Of a DNA stretch of 64,000 nt, positions 46,531-56,190 are shown piece after piece (position 1 is the stretch's first letter; the number at the start of each line of letters is the position of its first letter). The position numbers and the translations under genes were made by a program. The DNA is from Candidatus Iainarchaeum sp. (GTDB lineage: Archaea; Iainarchaeota; Iainarchaeia; Iainarchaeales; VGJJ01), in the NCBI GenBank assembly GCA_016699555.1, contig CP064981.1, forward strand, positions 554,558-618,557. The letters are read 5' to 3'. Below the pieces are notes generated by a model that was not told where the DNA came from, ran no database searches, and saw only the letters and a program-made list of their open reading frames with translations.

Positions 46531-47781
46531 ATGCCTGTGCAGAAAATGGACGTATTTGATGTCATCGTTTCGGGTGCCGGCCCCGCTGGCGCAACCACGG
46601 CGTTATTCCTCGCACGCGCGGGAAAGAAAGTCCTTCTCTTGGATAAGGAAAAATTCCCGCGCGACAAGATCTGCGCGGACAACAAGACATGGAAGTGCTT
46701 GGACATCGTGAAAGAACTAGGGCTATGGAAGCAATTCCAAAAGCTCCCCAAAGCGGAAATCTATGGGGTGTTGGTTGCCTCACCCAATGGAAGCGAGATG
46801 TACACCCCACTTCATGAAAAAGACATCGCCGAGCGGGGACACTGGTATAATGTCAAGCGCATCCATTTCGATAACTTGCTCGCGCAAGCCGCCAAGAAAG
46901 AAAAAAATATCACATTCAAGGAAAAATGCGCGGTTGTCAAACCCATTTATGCGGTGCATTCCAAAACACACATCAGTGGGGTGACCTATCACGATGCAAA
47001 AGGGAAAACGCACGACGCATGGGCACGCGTCGTCGTGGGAGCGGATGGATCGCAGTCTCCTATCGCAAAAGCGGTGGGTCATTCCCCTGTGGTGAAAGGG
47101 CGCTATGCCACGAACACGCGCGCCTATTTCGAGAACGTAAAAGGCCCCATGGATCGGTGCGAACTCTATTATCTCAAGGGCATTTGTCCGGGTTATTTTT
47201 GGATTTTCCCGGTGGACAAGAAGACTTGCAACGTGGGGATCGGTATGCGCCCGGAGGATTTCGAGAGGCAAAAGAAGTCCTTGGAACAAATCTTGCGGGA
47301 AACGATTGCGTTGCCGCAATTCAAGGGGCGTTTCAAGAAAGCCAAGCAAGTTACTGCATTCAAGGAATGGGGACTAAGCGTGTTGGGGAAACGCCGTCCC
47401 TGCGCGGGAAATGGATGGGTGCTCGTGGGAGATGCCGGGACGTTCGCGATGACATTCTCCGGAGAAGGAGTTGGTCCCTCGATGCGCACGGGAAAGATCG
47501 CCGCGCAAGGGATCGTGCGCGCGCTGAACGAAAATGATGTGTCCGCGCGCAATCTGAAAAAACACTATGAGGATGCGCTTTGGAAAATTTTGAATCCGGA
47601 AGTCAAGGGATTCCGCTGGCTCGAATTCTTGCTACTGAATGAGCGCCTGTTCGATTTCGTCATCGCAAAGTCAGCGAAAAACAAAGAGCTCATCGAGATC
47701 TCTTCGCGGATGCAGCATGATTACACGCTCTCCAAGAAGCTCGTGCATCCCAAGACCGCGCTGAAGATGCTACTGAGTTAA
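46531..47781 (+). CDS. geranylgeranyl reductase family FAD-dependent oxidoreductase (archaeal DGGGP reductase-like)
   Basis: FAD motif DVIVSGAGPAGATTALFLARAG...LLLDKE; GD(A)AG block VLVGDAGTF. Confidence 0.8.
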   Translation: MPVQKMDVFDVIVSGAGPAGATTALFLARAGKKVLLLDKEKFPRDKICADNKTWKCLDIVKELGLWKQFQKLPKAEIYGVLVASPNGSEMYTPLHEKDIAERGHWYNVKRIHFDNLLAQAAKKEKNITFKEKCAVVKPIYAVHSKTHISGVTYHDAKGKTHDAWARVVVGADGSQSPIAKAVGHSPVVKGRYATNTRAYFENVKGPMDRCELYYLKGICPGYFWIFPVDKKTCNVGIGMRPEDFERQKKSLEQILRETIALPQFKGRFKKAKQVTAFKEWGLSVLGKRRPCAGNGWVLVGDAGTFAMTFSGEGVGPSMRTGKIAAQGIVRALNENDVSARNLKKHYEDALWKILNPEVKGFRWLEFLLLNERLFDFVIAKSAKNKELIEISSRMQHDYTLSKKLVHPKTALKMLLS

Positions 47782-47811
47782 GGCTAAATAGTTGAAAATA
47801 ATTCTCATTGC

Positions 47812-48930
47812 ATGCCTAAGGCCAAGCCCGCAGGAACTCCTGGGAGAAGACCTAATTCTCGTAGGCCCGGCCTTATTTTTCCTCTCGATCGCGCTAAATG
47901 GTATCGAAGATTAGAAGTGCGTGCTGCACGCTATAAGCGACGCATAACTAAACATGAAATCAAATTTAGGGATTTGGATAGAGTAACTCAAAACGAGATT
48001 CTTGCTTTTTTAGATAAAGAGTCGCTATCTCATCACGTGACTCCTTTTTCCGCGACAATTTCTGCAGGGCTGCCTATTGCAGTAGCAAATGGTTCTGAAA
48101 AGAGTGTATTGCCAATTGCCGCGCTCAGCTTGCTCAACCTGGCAGCATCATCCGGTGCGGCAAGCACTAACAATGAACTGCTTCGTCGTGTGCGCATTCG
48201 TATTCAGCATTCGAATAATAAAAAAATCAAACACTATCTAACCGATAGCAAATATTTTTTTATCGATAAAAATGGAAATGTTATTTTTACCGATTCGAAC
48301 CCATTCCTGGCGCTACGTAAGCGTGTACGCGCCAATGAATCGGATCAACGCCCGTCGCGGGGAATGAGAGCTTTCGATAGAATGGGTGATATTTATTTCC
48401 GCGTGGCTTGGCCCTACTTATGGAGTCAAATCCAACTACCCTTTTTTCGTTATCGTGCACTTCGAAAAGCAGCGGATATTCAAAAAGGGATGACTGTCGT
48501 GGAAGTAGCCAGCGGGGCTATCCCCTATCATTCACTGTTTCGTAAAGCCGTTGGAAAAGAAGGAAAACTAATCGTGGGAGATGTCAATCCACGCGTTACA
48601 AAGGATTCGCGCCGTATTATGAGAGGAATCCAATTCGTTGAAAGGATGGTGCGAGGGAAAAAACCCAGCGAAAAGGCTGAACCTCATTACTTGACATTCA
48701 GCACCAAAAAGTTGCCCTTTCCCGACAATAGCGTGGATCGCGTGGTGGGATCATACGTGTATGAGGTTGATGTGCGGGAATTAGCGCGTGTACTCAAAAA
48801 AGGTGGGAAATTCGTTTTAGTGGAGGGAGGCGGTTGTCGCTATCATGAGCTGGACGCCATGATGAAGCGTGGAATCATACATCAAGCTCATGCCAACGGA
48901 ATTACTACTCTCACCAAACTAACTAATTAA
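47812..48930 (+). CDS. hypothetical protein with C-terminal class-I SAM methyltransferase domain; strongly AT3-rich atypical codon usage
   Basis: VVEVASG (motif I)...LPFPDNSVDRVVGSY...LKKGGKFVLVE. Basic N-terminus. Codons dominated by att/ttt/gat/aaa/cgt, unlike flanking GGR and dxr. Confidence 0.55.
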   Translation: MPKAKPAGTPGRRPNSRRPGLIFPLDRAKWYRRLEVRAARYKRRITKHEIKFRDLDRVTQNEILAFLDKESLSHHVTPFSATISAGLPIAVANGSEKSVLPIAALSLLNLAASSGAASTNNELLRRVRIRIQHSNNKKIKHYLTDSKYFFIDKNGNVIFTDSNPFLALRKRVRANESDQRPSRGMRAFDRMGDIYFRVAWPYLWSQIQLPFFRYRALRKAADIQKGMTVVEVASGAIPYHSLFRKAVGKEGKLIVGDVNPRVTKDSRRIMRGIQFVERMVRGKKPSEKAEPHYLTFSTKKLPFPDNSVDRVVGSYVYEVDVRELARVLKKGGKFVLVEGGGCRYHELDAMMKRGIIHQAHANGITTLTKLTN

Positions 48931-48987
48931 GTCAATTACCGGTGGGTTGTGGAAAGGCATTTAACTTCATTTCAATTGGTGGTGCAT

Positions 48988-50157
48988 ATGCCCACTAAAA
49001 TCCCCCATCAAAAAATAGGAATCCTCGGCAGCACGGGGAGCATCGGCACGCAGACCCTGAATGTGGTGGATCAGCACACGGATTTATTTTCGGTGAAAGT
49101 CCTTTCGGCGAATGGAAGCATCGATTTGTTGAGCGAGCAGATCAAAAAATACAAACCCGAAGCCGTTTGCTTAATCGATGAAACAAAAGCAGATGTCCTG
49201 CGCCAAAAAATGAAAGGGAATATGCACGTGCTCGCGGGATACGCGGGATTGGACGAGGCGGCGCGCTGGGAAAGCGTGGAGACGCTTGTGACTGCTGTTG
49301 TAGGAAATGTGGGATTGAAACCCACCATCGAAGCCATCCGTGCGGGAAAGAAGATTGCGCTGGCGAATAAGGAAACCCTCGTGAGCGGGGGTGCCGTGGT
49401 GATGCGCGAGGTGAAGAAGCACCAAACGCATCTGACGCCCATCGACTCGGAGCACTCGGCGATATTCCAATGCTTGAATGGGGAAGATGTGAAGGAAGTG
49501 GAGAAGATCATCCTCACCTGCTCCGGCGGACCATTCCGCGGAAGGACAAAGGCGCAGCTCAAGGGCGTCACCAAAGAACAGGCGCTCAACCATCCCACGT
49601 GGAAGATGGGGGGAAAGATTACGATCGATTCCGCAACGCTCATGAACAAGGGATTCGAGGTCAATGAGGCGATGTGGTTGTATGATGTTCCGGCGGAGCA
49701 GATCGAAGTGGTCGTGCATCCCCAGAGCATCATCCACTCGGCGGTGCAGTTCGTGGACCAGAGCATTATGGCACAGGTCGGGACGCATGATATGCGCTTG
49801 CCCATCCAGTATGCGCTGACCTATCCCCGTCGCATTCCGCTGGATATCCCCAAGTTCGATTTCGCCAAGGCCAGGCAGTTCACCTTCGAGAGCCCTGACA
49901 TGAACACGTTCGAGTGCTTGCAGATGGGATTCGAAGCCGCGAAGCAGAAAGGGACTGTTTGTTGCGTGTTGAATGCTTCGAATGACACGGCCGTAGAGGA
50001 GTTCCTCCAAGGAAAAATAGAGTTCCTGGATATCCAGCATGCCATTCGCAGGGTCATGGATCAACACAAGAACATCAAGCACCCCGAGCTGCAGGATGTG
50101 TTGGATGCCGATGCCTGGGCACGAAAGGAAACATTAAAAGTCCTGGATTCGCGATAA
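48988..50157 (+). CDS. dxr: 1-deoxy-D-xylulose 5-phosphate reductoisomerase (MEP pathway)
   Basis: KIGILGSTGSIGTQTL (NADPH site), LANKE, DSEHSAIFQ, ITIDSATLMNKG blocks. Confidence 0.9.
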   Translation: MPTKIPHQKIGILGSTGSIGTQTLNVVDQHTDLFSVKVLSANGSIDLLSEQIKKYKPEAVCLIDETKADVLRQKMKGNMHVLAGYAGLDEAARWESVETLVTAVVGNVGLKPTIEAIRAGKKIALANKETLVSGGAVVMREVKKHQTHLTPIDSEHSAIFQCLNGEDVKEVEKIILTCSGGPFRGRTKAQLKGVTKEQALNHPTWKMGGKITIDSATLMNKGFEVNEAMWLYDVPAEQIEVVVHPQSIIHSAVQFVDQSIMAQVGTHDMRLPIQYALTYPRRIPLDIPKFDFAKARQFTFESPDMNTFECLQMGFEAAKQKGTVCCVLNASNDTAVEEFLQGKIEFLDIQHAIRRVMDQHKNIKHPELQDVLDADAWARKETLKVLDSR

Positions 50158-50161
50158 GAGC

Positions 50162-50485
50162 ATGGGAAAGAATAGGCGTGGCTTCAAGCTGGAAAGGAAA
50201 ACGTACGGGGGAATCCCTCCTGCGCCGCATGTCCATCCGAGTCAGAAACCGCCGTGGTATCGTGAATTGGAGGGCCGCAGGCACCTCATCGAGCTGGCGT
50301 TTGCCGCCGAGCGTCGCTGGGACCAAAAGACGATCCAGGCCAAGACGAACCGCATGTTGGCCGAGCTCCTGCGTCAATCTGCCAAGGGCCAAGTCAATGT
50401 CAAAACGCTCACCTACTTGCAGGATCTCATCCAATTCGGACAGGATATGGTGGATCACGCCGAGCGCCAAAAGGGGAAGCGTTAA
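50162..50485 (+). CDS. small hypothetical protein between dxr and ispD
   Basis: 107-aa ORF starting 5 nt after the dxr stop; no recognised domain. Confidence 0.35.
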   Translation: MGKNRRGFKLERKTYGGIPPAPHVHPSQKPPWYRELEGRRHLIELAFAAERRWDQKTIQAKTNRMLAELLRQSAKGQVNVKTLTYLQDLIQFGQDMVDHAERQKGKR

Positions 50486-50513
50486 TTAAATCGTTGGGAA
50501 TAACTGGATAATC

Positions 50514-51227
50514 ATGCATGTCCACGCAATCCTCGGTGCAGGCGGTAGCGGCACGCGCATGCGCAATCCCATAAATAAGTCTTTCATGCTATTGCGCGGG
50601 AAACCCATCCTCGCTTATTCTTTACAGCTCTTCCAGGAAATGCCGGAGATCCATGATGTGACGATCGTGATCAACAAGGACTGGCAACCCCAACTCATGG
50701 AGGTCATCAATCGCTATCGCATCACGAAAGTGAAAGAGATCGTGGAAGGCGGAAAAGAAAGGCAGGATTCCATGCGCAATGCGGTGGAGGCTATTGCGCG
50801 TCATGCGCCGGCGAATGATGATCTCATGCTGATCCACAATGCCGCAAATCCCCTCGTCACCAAAGAAATCATCCGCGAGTGCATCCGCGCAGCGCAGTTG
50901 CATCGTGCGGCCGTCGCGGGATATCGGGTGAAGGACACGATCAAGCGCGTGCATGATGATGGGAAGATCATCGAAACGCTCAACCGCAACGAACTATGGG
51001 GGATGCAAACCCCTCAATGCGTGGAATTCGAGCTCTACTATCAGGCGCACCAAAAGGCCAAGAAAGAGGGCTTCATGGGAACGGATGATGTGCAACTGGT
51101 CGAGCGCCTAGGGGTGAAGGCGCAAGTGGTGGATTGCGGCTATGACAATATCAAAATCACCACGCCCGAGGACATCATGCACGCCGAACGCATCTTGGAA
51201 AGAAGGGAGTCGTCGGATGCCCCGTAA
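50514..51227 (+). CDS. ispD: 2-C-methyl-D-erythritol 4-phosphate cytidylyltransferase (MEP pathway)
   Basis: ILGAGGSGTRMRNPINKSFMLLRGKPIL (IspD glycine-rich loop), 237 aa. Confidence 0.9.
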   Translation: MHVHAILGAGGSGTRMRNPINKSFMLLRGKPILAYSLQLFQEMPEIHDVTIVINKDWQPQLMEVINRYRITKVKEIVEGGKERQDSMRNAVEAIARHAPANDDLMLIHNAANPLVTKEIIRECIRAAQLHRAAVAGYRVKDTIKRVHDDGKIIETLNRNELWGMQTPQCVEFELYYQAHQKAKKEGFMGTDDVQLVERLGVKAQVVDCGYDNIKITTPEDIMHAERILERRESSDAP

Positions 51228-51780
51228 GAAGAAACGCAAAGCAATGCATTCGCATTCCACTTCGCATGAGGAACCCATCGATTGGATCGATGTGCATGGG
51301 AAAAGAATCCTCACGCTCAACAAACAAATGGTCCACCTGTTTGGATTGAAGCACTATGCGGTGCATGTTTTTGTGATAAATGCCAAAGGGGAATTGGTCT
51401 TGCAGCGTCGCCGCGACGATCGTTTCTTGCAGCCCGGGAGCTGGGACACTTCGGTGGGAGGACACGTCACGAGCGGGGAATCATTGCTCGCGAGCGCGCG
51501 GAGAGAAACCAAGGAGGAATTGCGCATCACCTCTCCTTTGCACGCGTTGGGGCAGTTGGACGTGATCGACAAGCAAAAAAATTATCATAACGACGAGCGC
51601 GTGGCCTATTATTGGTGTCGCACCACGCAAATACCTTACTATCAACGCTCCGAAATCGCGGGGTTGCAGGCGATTCCGCTTGGAAAAGTGAATGCGTTCA
51701 TCCGTTCGCATCAGTGCTCGCCCATGCTCGTTGCGGGTTGGAAGAAATTTGGGAAACGCTTTATGGAGAGGATGCTTTAA
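51217..51780 (+). CDS. Nudix hydrolase resembling type-1 IPP isomerase but with Gly in place of the IDI-1 catalytic Cys
   Basis: HYAVHVFVINAKGELVLQRRRDDRFLQPGSWDTSVGGHVTSGESLLASARRETKEELRI parallels the IDI-1 segment (...FPGxWTNSxCGHP...RRxxEELGI); here TSVGGH. Start MPRKKKRK overlaps the ispD stop. Confidence 0.65.
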   Translation: MPRKKKRKAMHSHSTSHEEPIDWIDVHGKRILTLNKQMVHLFGLKHYAVHVFVINAKGELVLQRRRDDRFLQPGSWDTSVGGHVTSGESLLASARRETKEELRITSPLHALGQLDVIDKQKNYHNDERVAYYWCRTTQIPYYQRSEIAGLQAIPLGKVNAFIRSHQCSPMLVAGWKKFGKRFMERML

Positions 51781-52295
51781 TGGGAAAAATCATTCGTGGA
51801 AAATTTGGAAATGGAAAAAAATCGCCTGTCAAAAAGATTGCCTCATCAAAAAGAGAGACTCCTGTACTGCGGTTTGACTTTAGATTCAATGCATTTTTAC
51901 GTGATCGAGCGGCACGCACTCACTTGTGGACGCATCGTGTGGAAAAATATGGATTACGGGCTGACACTGGTTTTCACGCGCGTTTGCTCTATGAATTAGA
52001 GCCGAAAATGATTGATGATGCCGTGGGGGCACTCCAAAGTTTGCCTCCTCGTTTGTTCAGATGGGAAAAACTTTCTGAGGATCAGCGGTTTGCGTGTGTC
52101 GTGGGGGCGAACGTGATTCATTCGGTTTCAATACCGGATTTTGTTCGGCGATTGAATAACTACCAGCGGGGCGTGATGATGATTATTGATGCCATACGCA
52201 AGGATGGGGAATTGGCCGTGTTGCGAAATACGCGTTTATGCCAGCGCGCTGAGCGTATCATGCGTAATGCTGCTGGGAGTGATGTAAATGTATAG
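51780..52295 (+). CDS. hypothetical protein (171 aa), compositionally atypical, translationally coupled between the Nudix gene and ispF
   Basis: ATG overlaps the Nudix stop (TAATG) and its own stop overlaps the ispF ATG. cgt/ttt/gat-rich codons. No recognised domain. Confidence 0.45.
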   Translation: MGKIIRGKFGNGKKSPVKKIASSKRETPVLRFDFRFNAFLRDRAARTHLWTHRVEKYGLRADTGFHARLLYELEPKMIDDAVGALQSLPPRLFRWEKLSEDQRFACVVGANVIHSVSIPDFVRRLNNYQRGVMMIIDAIRKDGELAVLRNTRLCQRAERIMRNAAGSDVNV

Positions 52296-52776
52296 GATCG
52301 GATTCGGCGTGGACTCGCATCGCTTGCTCGCTCCCGGCGTGCAGCCGGAGAAGAAACTCATGCTGGGAGGGGTGCATATTCCTGACCACGCAGGCGTTGA
52401 CTCGCACTCGGATGGGGATCTGATTTTGCATGCGCTCGTGAATGCGCTTTCTTCTGCGATTGGAGAGAAGAGTATCGGGCAGTTCTTTCCGGATAGCGAT
52501 CCCAAATGGAACGGTGTCGCTTCTTCCAAGATGGTCGAGCATGTGTGGGAGTTGGTGCGTGAGAAAGGCTATTGTGTGGGAAACGTGGTTTTCTCGCTCG
52601 AGTGCAAGACGCCAAAAATTTCCCCCCATGAAAGCGCAATCAAGCAATCCATTGCGGCTTTGTTGGATATTCCGCTGGATGCGGTTGCGGTCCACGCCAC
52701 CACTGGGGAAAAGCTCGCTGCGTTTGGGAAGGGGGAGGGCATCTACTGCCAAGCCACCATTCTGCTACATAAATAA
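52288..52776 (+). CDS. ispF: 2-C-methyl-D-erythritol 2,4-cyclodiphosphate synthase (MEP pathway)
   Basis: MYRIGFGVDSHRL...GHSDGDLILHALVNAL (IspF Zn-binding D.H...H). Confidence 0.9.
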   Translation: MYRIGFGVDSHRLLAPGVQPEKKLMLGGVHIPDHAGVDSHSDGDLILHALVNALSSAIGEKSIGQFFPDSDPKWNGVASSKMVEHVWELVREKGYCVGNVVFSLECKTPKISPHESAIKQSIAALLDIPLDAVAVHATTGEKLAAFGKGEGIYCQATILLHK

Positions 52777-52963
52777 GTCATTATTTGCCCTCCGTCCCAG
52801 ATATTCTTTAATACTACAATCGTCGAACCCCTTGGATAAACGGCCACTATTACGTCAATCTGTAATTTTTAGATTGGCAAATAACGTATTGTTTTATAAC
52901 GCCCAGGAACCAAAAATAACGTCTCTAACGGCCTTACCTACGCTTTTGGGCTGTATATGAGGG

Positions 52964-54832
52964 GTGAACCATCCTATGACTTCCACCATGTCTGTCAGCA
53001 AGCCAAATGCCAATGGAAATGGCCATGCGAACAAGATTACGCTCAAAGACATCAATAGCCCCAAGGACCTCCGCGCGTGCAGCGTTGAAGAGCTCACGTC
53101 CATCGCAGAGGAAGTCCGCCAACTCCTGATTACGACGTGTGCGGCCAATGGTGGCCACATTGGAGCCAATCTGGGTGTTGTGGAACTGACCATGGCGATC
53201 CACTATGTCTTTAACACTCCCAAGGATAAAGTCATCTTCGATACCTCTCACCAAGCGTACACGCACAAGATCATCACCGGCCGACGCGAGCAATTCCCGA
53301 CGCTGTGCAAATACCCCGGCGGACTCTCTCGCTTCATCGTGCGCGGAGAAAACGAATACGATCTCTTTTCTGCAGGGCATGCTTCAACGGGATTGAGCGC
53401 TGCCATGGGATTCGCCGAAGCCGCGAAACACAAGGAAGCCGATTACCAAACCGTTTGTGTGGTTGGAGACGGCGCATTAACCGGTGGAATGGCCTATGAG
53501 GCGCTCAACAACATGGGCTACAACCAAACCGACATCAACATCATCCTCAACGACAACAAGATGGGGATCTCCCACAACGTCGGGGCGATGTTCGAATACC
53601 TCAAACGCTTATCCGAAGTATCGACCGACGACCGCGCGCGCCGTGCGATCGGGACCATCTTCGAGAAATTGGGCTTCAAGTATTACGGCCCCGTGAAAGG
53701 ACATGATTTCAATGAGCTCATCCACCACTTGGAAGAGATGAAACACATCAAGGGCCCCAAGATCCTGCACGTGCTCACGGACAAGGGATTGGGCGTGGAC
53801 TACATGGAGAACGACAAGGCCACGTGGCACGAACACGCGGCATTCGATATCCCCACGGGAATCGCAAAGGCCAAATTGGATCCCACCAAGCCCGTGCACC
53901 CGAGCATCGAAAGCATCGCCACGTCGGCGTTGATCAAGCTCGCGGAGAAGGATAAGACGATCGTGGGATTGACCGCTGCGATGGCCGCCGGAACGGGCAT
54001 GGTAAAATTCGGGGAAAAGTTCCCGGATCGATTCTATGACGTGGGTATTGCCGAAGAGCACGCCATCACCTTCTCTGCCGGACTCGCCGCAGAAGGGATG
54101 AAGCCCGTGGCGAACATTTACTCTCCCTTCATGCAGCGCGCATTCGACCAGATCATGCACGATGTGGCGAGCATGCATTTACCCGTGCGCATGCTGTTGC
54201 CTAAAGCAGCCATCACGGGAGACGGATGGACGCAAGGCGGAATCCTGGACTTGAGTTATTTGCGCATCATCCCGAATGTCGTTGTCGCTGCGCCCATGAA
54301 CGAGAATGAACTCTATCACATGGTCAAGATGGCCGTCGACTACGATAAGGGCCCCATCGCCGTGCGCTTCCCCAAAGGGACCGGCAGCGGGATGGCCATC
54401 GATGCGGAATTCAAGACCATTCCCATCGGAAAAGCCGAAGTCTTGAAGGAAGGAAAAGATATTACCTTGCTGGCCATCGGCTGGCCCGTGCAAGATGCCG
54501 TGAAAGCGGCGGCGGAACTCGAGAAGAAAGGGATCTCCGCAACCGTCATCAACGCGCGCTTCGCCAAGCCATTGGATGAGGAGACGATCCTGAAGCATGT
54601 GAAGCAAACAGGAAAGGTCATCACCATCGAAGAAAATACATTGATCGGCGGGTTCGGCTCGGCTGTTCTCGAATGCCTCGAACGCCACGGCATCAAGAAT
54701 GTGGATGTGAAGCGCTTAGGTGCAGCGGATGGGTACATTCCATTCGACACGCCGGCGAATATCAAGAAATCCTTCGGTATGGCGATGGATGATATCGTGA
54801 AGCAGGCCGAGAAGATGACGGGAAAGCACTAG
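52964..54832 (+). CDS. dxs: 1-deoxy-D-xylulose 5-phosphate synthase (MEP pathway)
   Basis: GGHIGANLGVVELTMAIHYVFNTPKDKVIFDTSHQAYTHKIITGRRE (TPP site) and CVVGDGALTGGMAYEALNN; 622 aa. Confidence 0.9.
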   Translation: MNHPMTSTMSVSKPNANGNGHANKITLKDINSPKDLRACSVEELTSIAEEVRQLLITTCAANGGHIGANLGVVELTMAIHYVFNTPKDKVIFDTSHQAYTHKIITGRREQFPTLCKYPGGLSRFIVRGENEYDLFSAGHASTGLSAAMGFAEAAKHKEADYQTVCVVGDGALTGGMAYEALNNMGYNQTDINIILNDNKMGISHNVGAMFEYLKRLSEVSTDDRARRAIGTIFEKLGFKYYGPVKGHDFNELIHHLEEMKHIKGPKILHVLTDKGLGVDYMENDKATWHEHAAFDIPTGIAKAKLDPTKPVHPSIESIATSALIKLAEKDKTIVGLTAAMAAGTGMVKFGEKFPDRFYDVGIAEEHAITFSAGLAAEGMKPVANIYSPFMQRAFDQIMHDVASMHLPVRMLLPKAAITGDGWTQGGILDLSYLRIIPNVVVAAPMNENELYHMVKMAVDYDKGPIAVRFPKGTGSGMAIDAEFKTIPIGKAEVLKEGKDITLLAIGWPVQDAVKAAAELEKKGISATVINARFAKPLDEETILKHVKQTGKVITIEENTLIGGFGSAVLECLERHGIKNVDVKRLGAADGYIPFDTPANIKKSFGMAMDDIVKQAEKMTGKH

Positions 54833-54907
54833 CGCTTCCTGTCTCTCTCAAAATTTTACTTAGAAATAAAATCAGTTCCCTCAACGCGTGTACGCGGTGA
54901 TTCCCTC

Positions 54908-56161
54908 ATGCAAAAACTCGAAACCTACAACGGATTTGTCAAGCGCAAGAGCGTTGCGGTGATGGTGGGGAAGATCGGTATTGGAGGGAGCAATCCCGTG
55001 CGCGTGCAATCGATGACCAATACCGACACGGCCGATGTGGAAGGGACGGTAAAACAGATCAAAGAGCTCGCCGATGCGGGTTCTGAACTCGTGCGCATGA
55101 CGATCGAAAAAGACGCCATGGCCCAAGCCGTTCCAGAGATCCACCGCCGCCTGCATGCGGAGGGGTATGAGGATGTGGCGCTAATCGGTGACTTTCATTA
55201 CAATGGACATATTCTCCTGCAGAAATATCCCGAGCTCGCGGAGGCGCTGGATAAGTACCGCATCAATCCCGGGAATGTGGGCTTCGGAGAGAAGCACGAT
55301 GAGAACTTCGACACCTTCATCAAGCTCGCCGTAAAATACAACAAGCCCGTGCGCATTGGGGTGAATGGCGGGAGTTTGGATCAAAATCTCCTCAAGAAAC
55401 TCATCGACGAAGACAACGCGCGTGCTCCCCACGAACAGCGCGGGGCGAATATGGTTTTCTTGGATGCGATGATCGAATCCGCGATCCAGTCCACGCAGCG
55501 CGCACTCTCATTGGGCATGCGCAAGGACCAAATCATCATTTCCACGAAGATGAGTGGGGTGCAGGAGATGGTGTATTGTTATTCCCAGCTCGCCAAGCGC
55601 ACCGAGCAGCCTCTCCATTTGGGTCTGACGGAAGCCGGGCTCGGGGACAAAGGGATCATCGGCAGCACGGCCGCGCTTTCATTGTTGTTGAACCAGGGGA
55701 TCGGCGACACGATCCGTGTTTCTCTTACGCCCGAACCGGGTGCTCCACGCGCGCGCGAAGTACGCATTGCCCAGCAGGTGTTGCAGTCATTGGGCTTGCG
55801 CTACTTTTTGCCGCAGGTCACGAGCTGTCCGGGTTGCGGGAGGACGACTTCGACGACGTTCCAGGAACTCGCAAAGGAAGTGACGGAATACTTGCACCAC
55901 CAAATGCCGGTGTGGAAAAAAGAAGGCCACGCGGGCGTGGAAAGCATGCACGTGGCAGTGATGGGGTGCATCGTGAACGGCCCCGGAGAGGCCAAGGATG
56001 CGAATATCGGAATCTCTCTCCCCGGAAGCGGAGAAAACTCAGCCGCTCCTGTGTTCGAGGACGGAAAGCTCGTGAAGACGCTGCAGGGGCCCCAAATGAA
56101 AGAAGATTTCAAGCAGATGGTCCTTGCGTATGTGCAGCGCAAATATCCCAAAGCGCACTAA
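54908..56161 (+). CDS. ispG: 4-hydroxy-3-methylbut-2-enyl diphosphate synthase (MEP pathway)
   Basis: [40 protein letters not shown] (GcpE N-terminus) and C-terminal Cys cluster SCPGCGRT...GCIVNGPGE. Confidence 0.9.
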   Translation: MQKLETYNGFVKRKSVAVMVGKIGIGGSNPVRVQSMTNTDTADVEGTVKQIKELADAGSELVRMTIEKDAMAQAVPEIHRRLHAEGYEDVALIGDFHYNGHILLQKYPELAEALDKYRINPGNVGFGEKHDENFDTFIKLAVKYNKPVRIGVNGGSLDQNLLKKLIDEDNARAPHEQRGANMVFLDAMIESAIQSTQRALSLGMRKDQIIISTKMSGVQEMVYCYSQLAKRTEQPLHLGLTEAGLGDKGIIGSTAALSLLLNQGIGDTIRVSLTPEPGAPRAREVRIAQQVLQSLGLRYFLPQVTSCPGCGRTTSTTFQELAKEVTEYLHHQMPVWKKEGHAGVESMHVAVMGCIVNGPGEAKDANIGISLPGSGENSAAPVFEDGKLVKTLQGPQMKEDFKQMVLAYVQRKYPKAH

Positions 56162-56190
56162 TTTTCAAAAAAAAAAGAATATGGCTGCCG

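Noticed and set aside
49171-50082. 303-aa minus-strand ORF
   Set aside because: Antisense to dxr.
53609-54688. two roughly 180-aa minus-strand ORFs
   Set aside because: Antisense to dxs.
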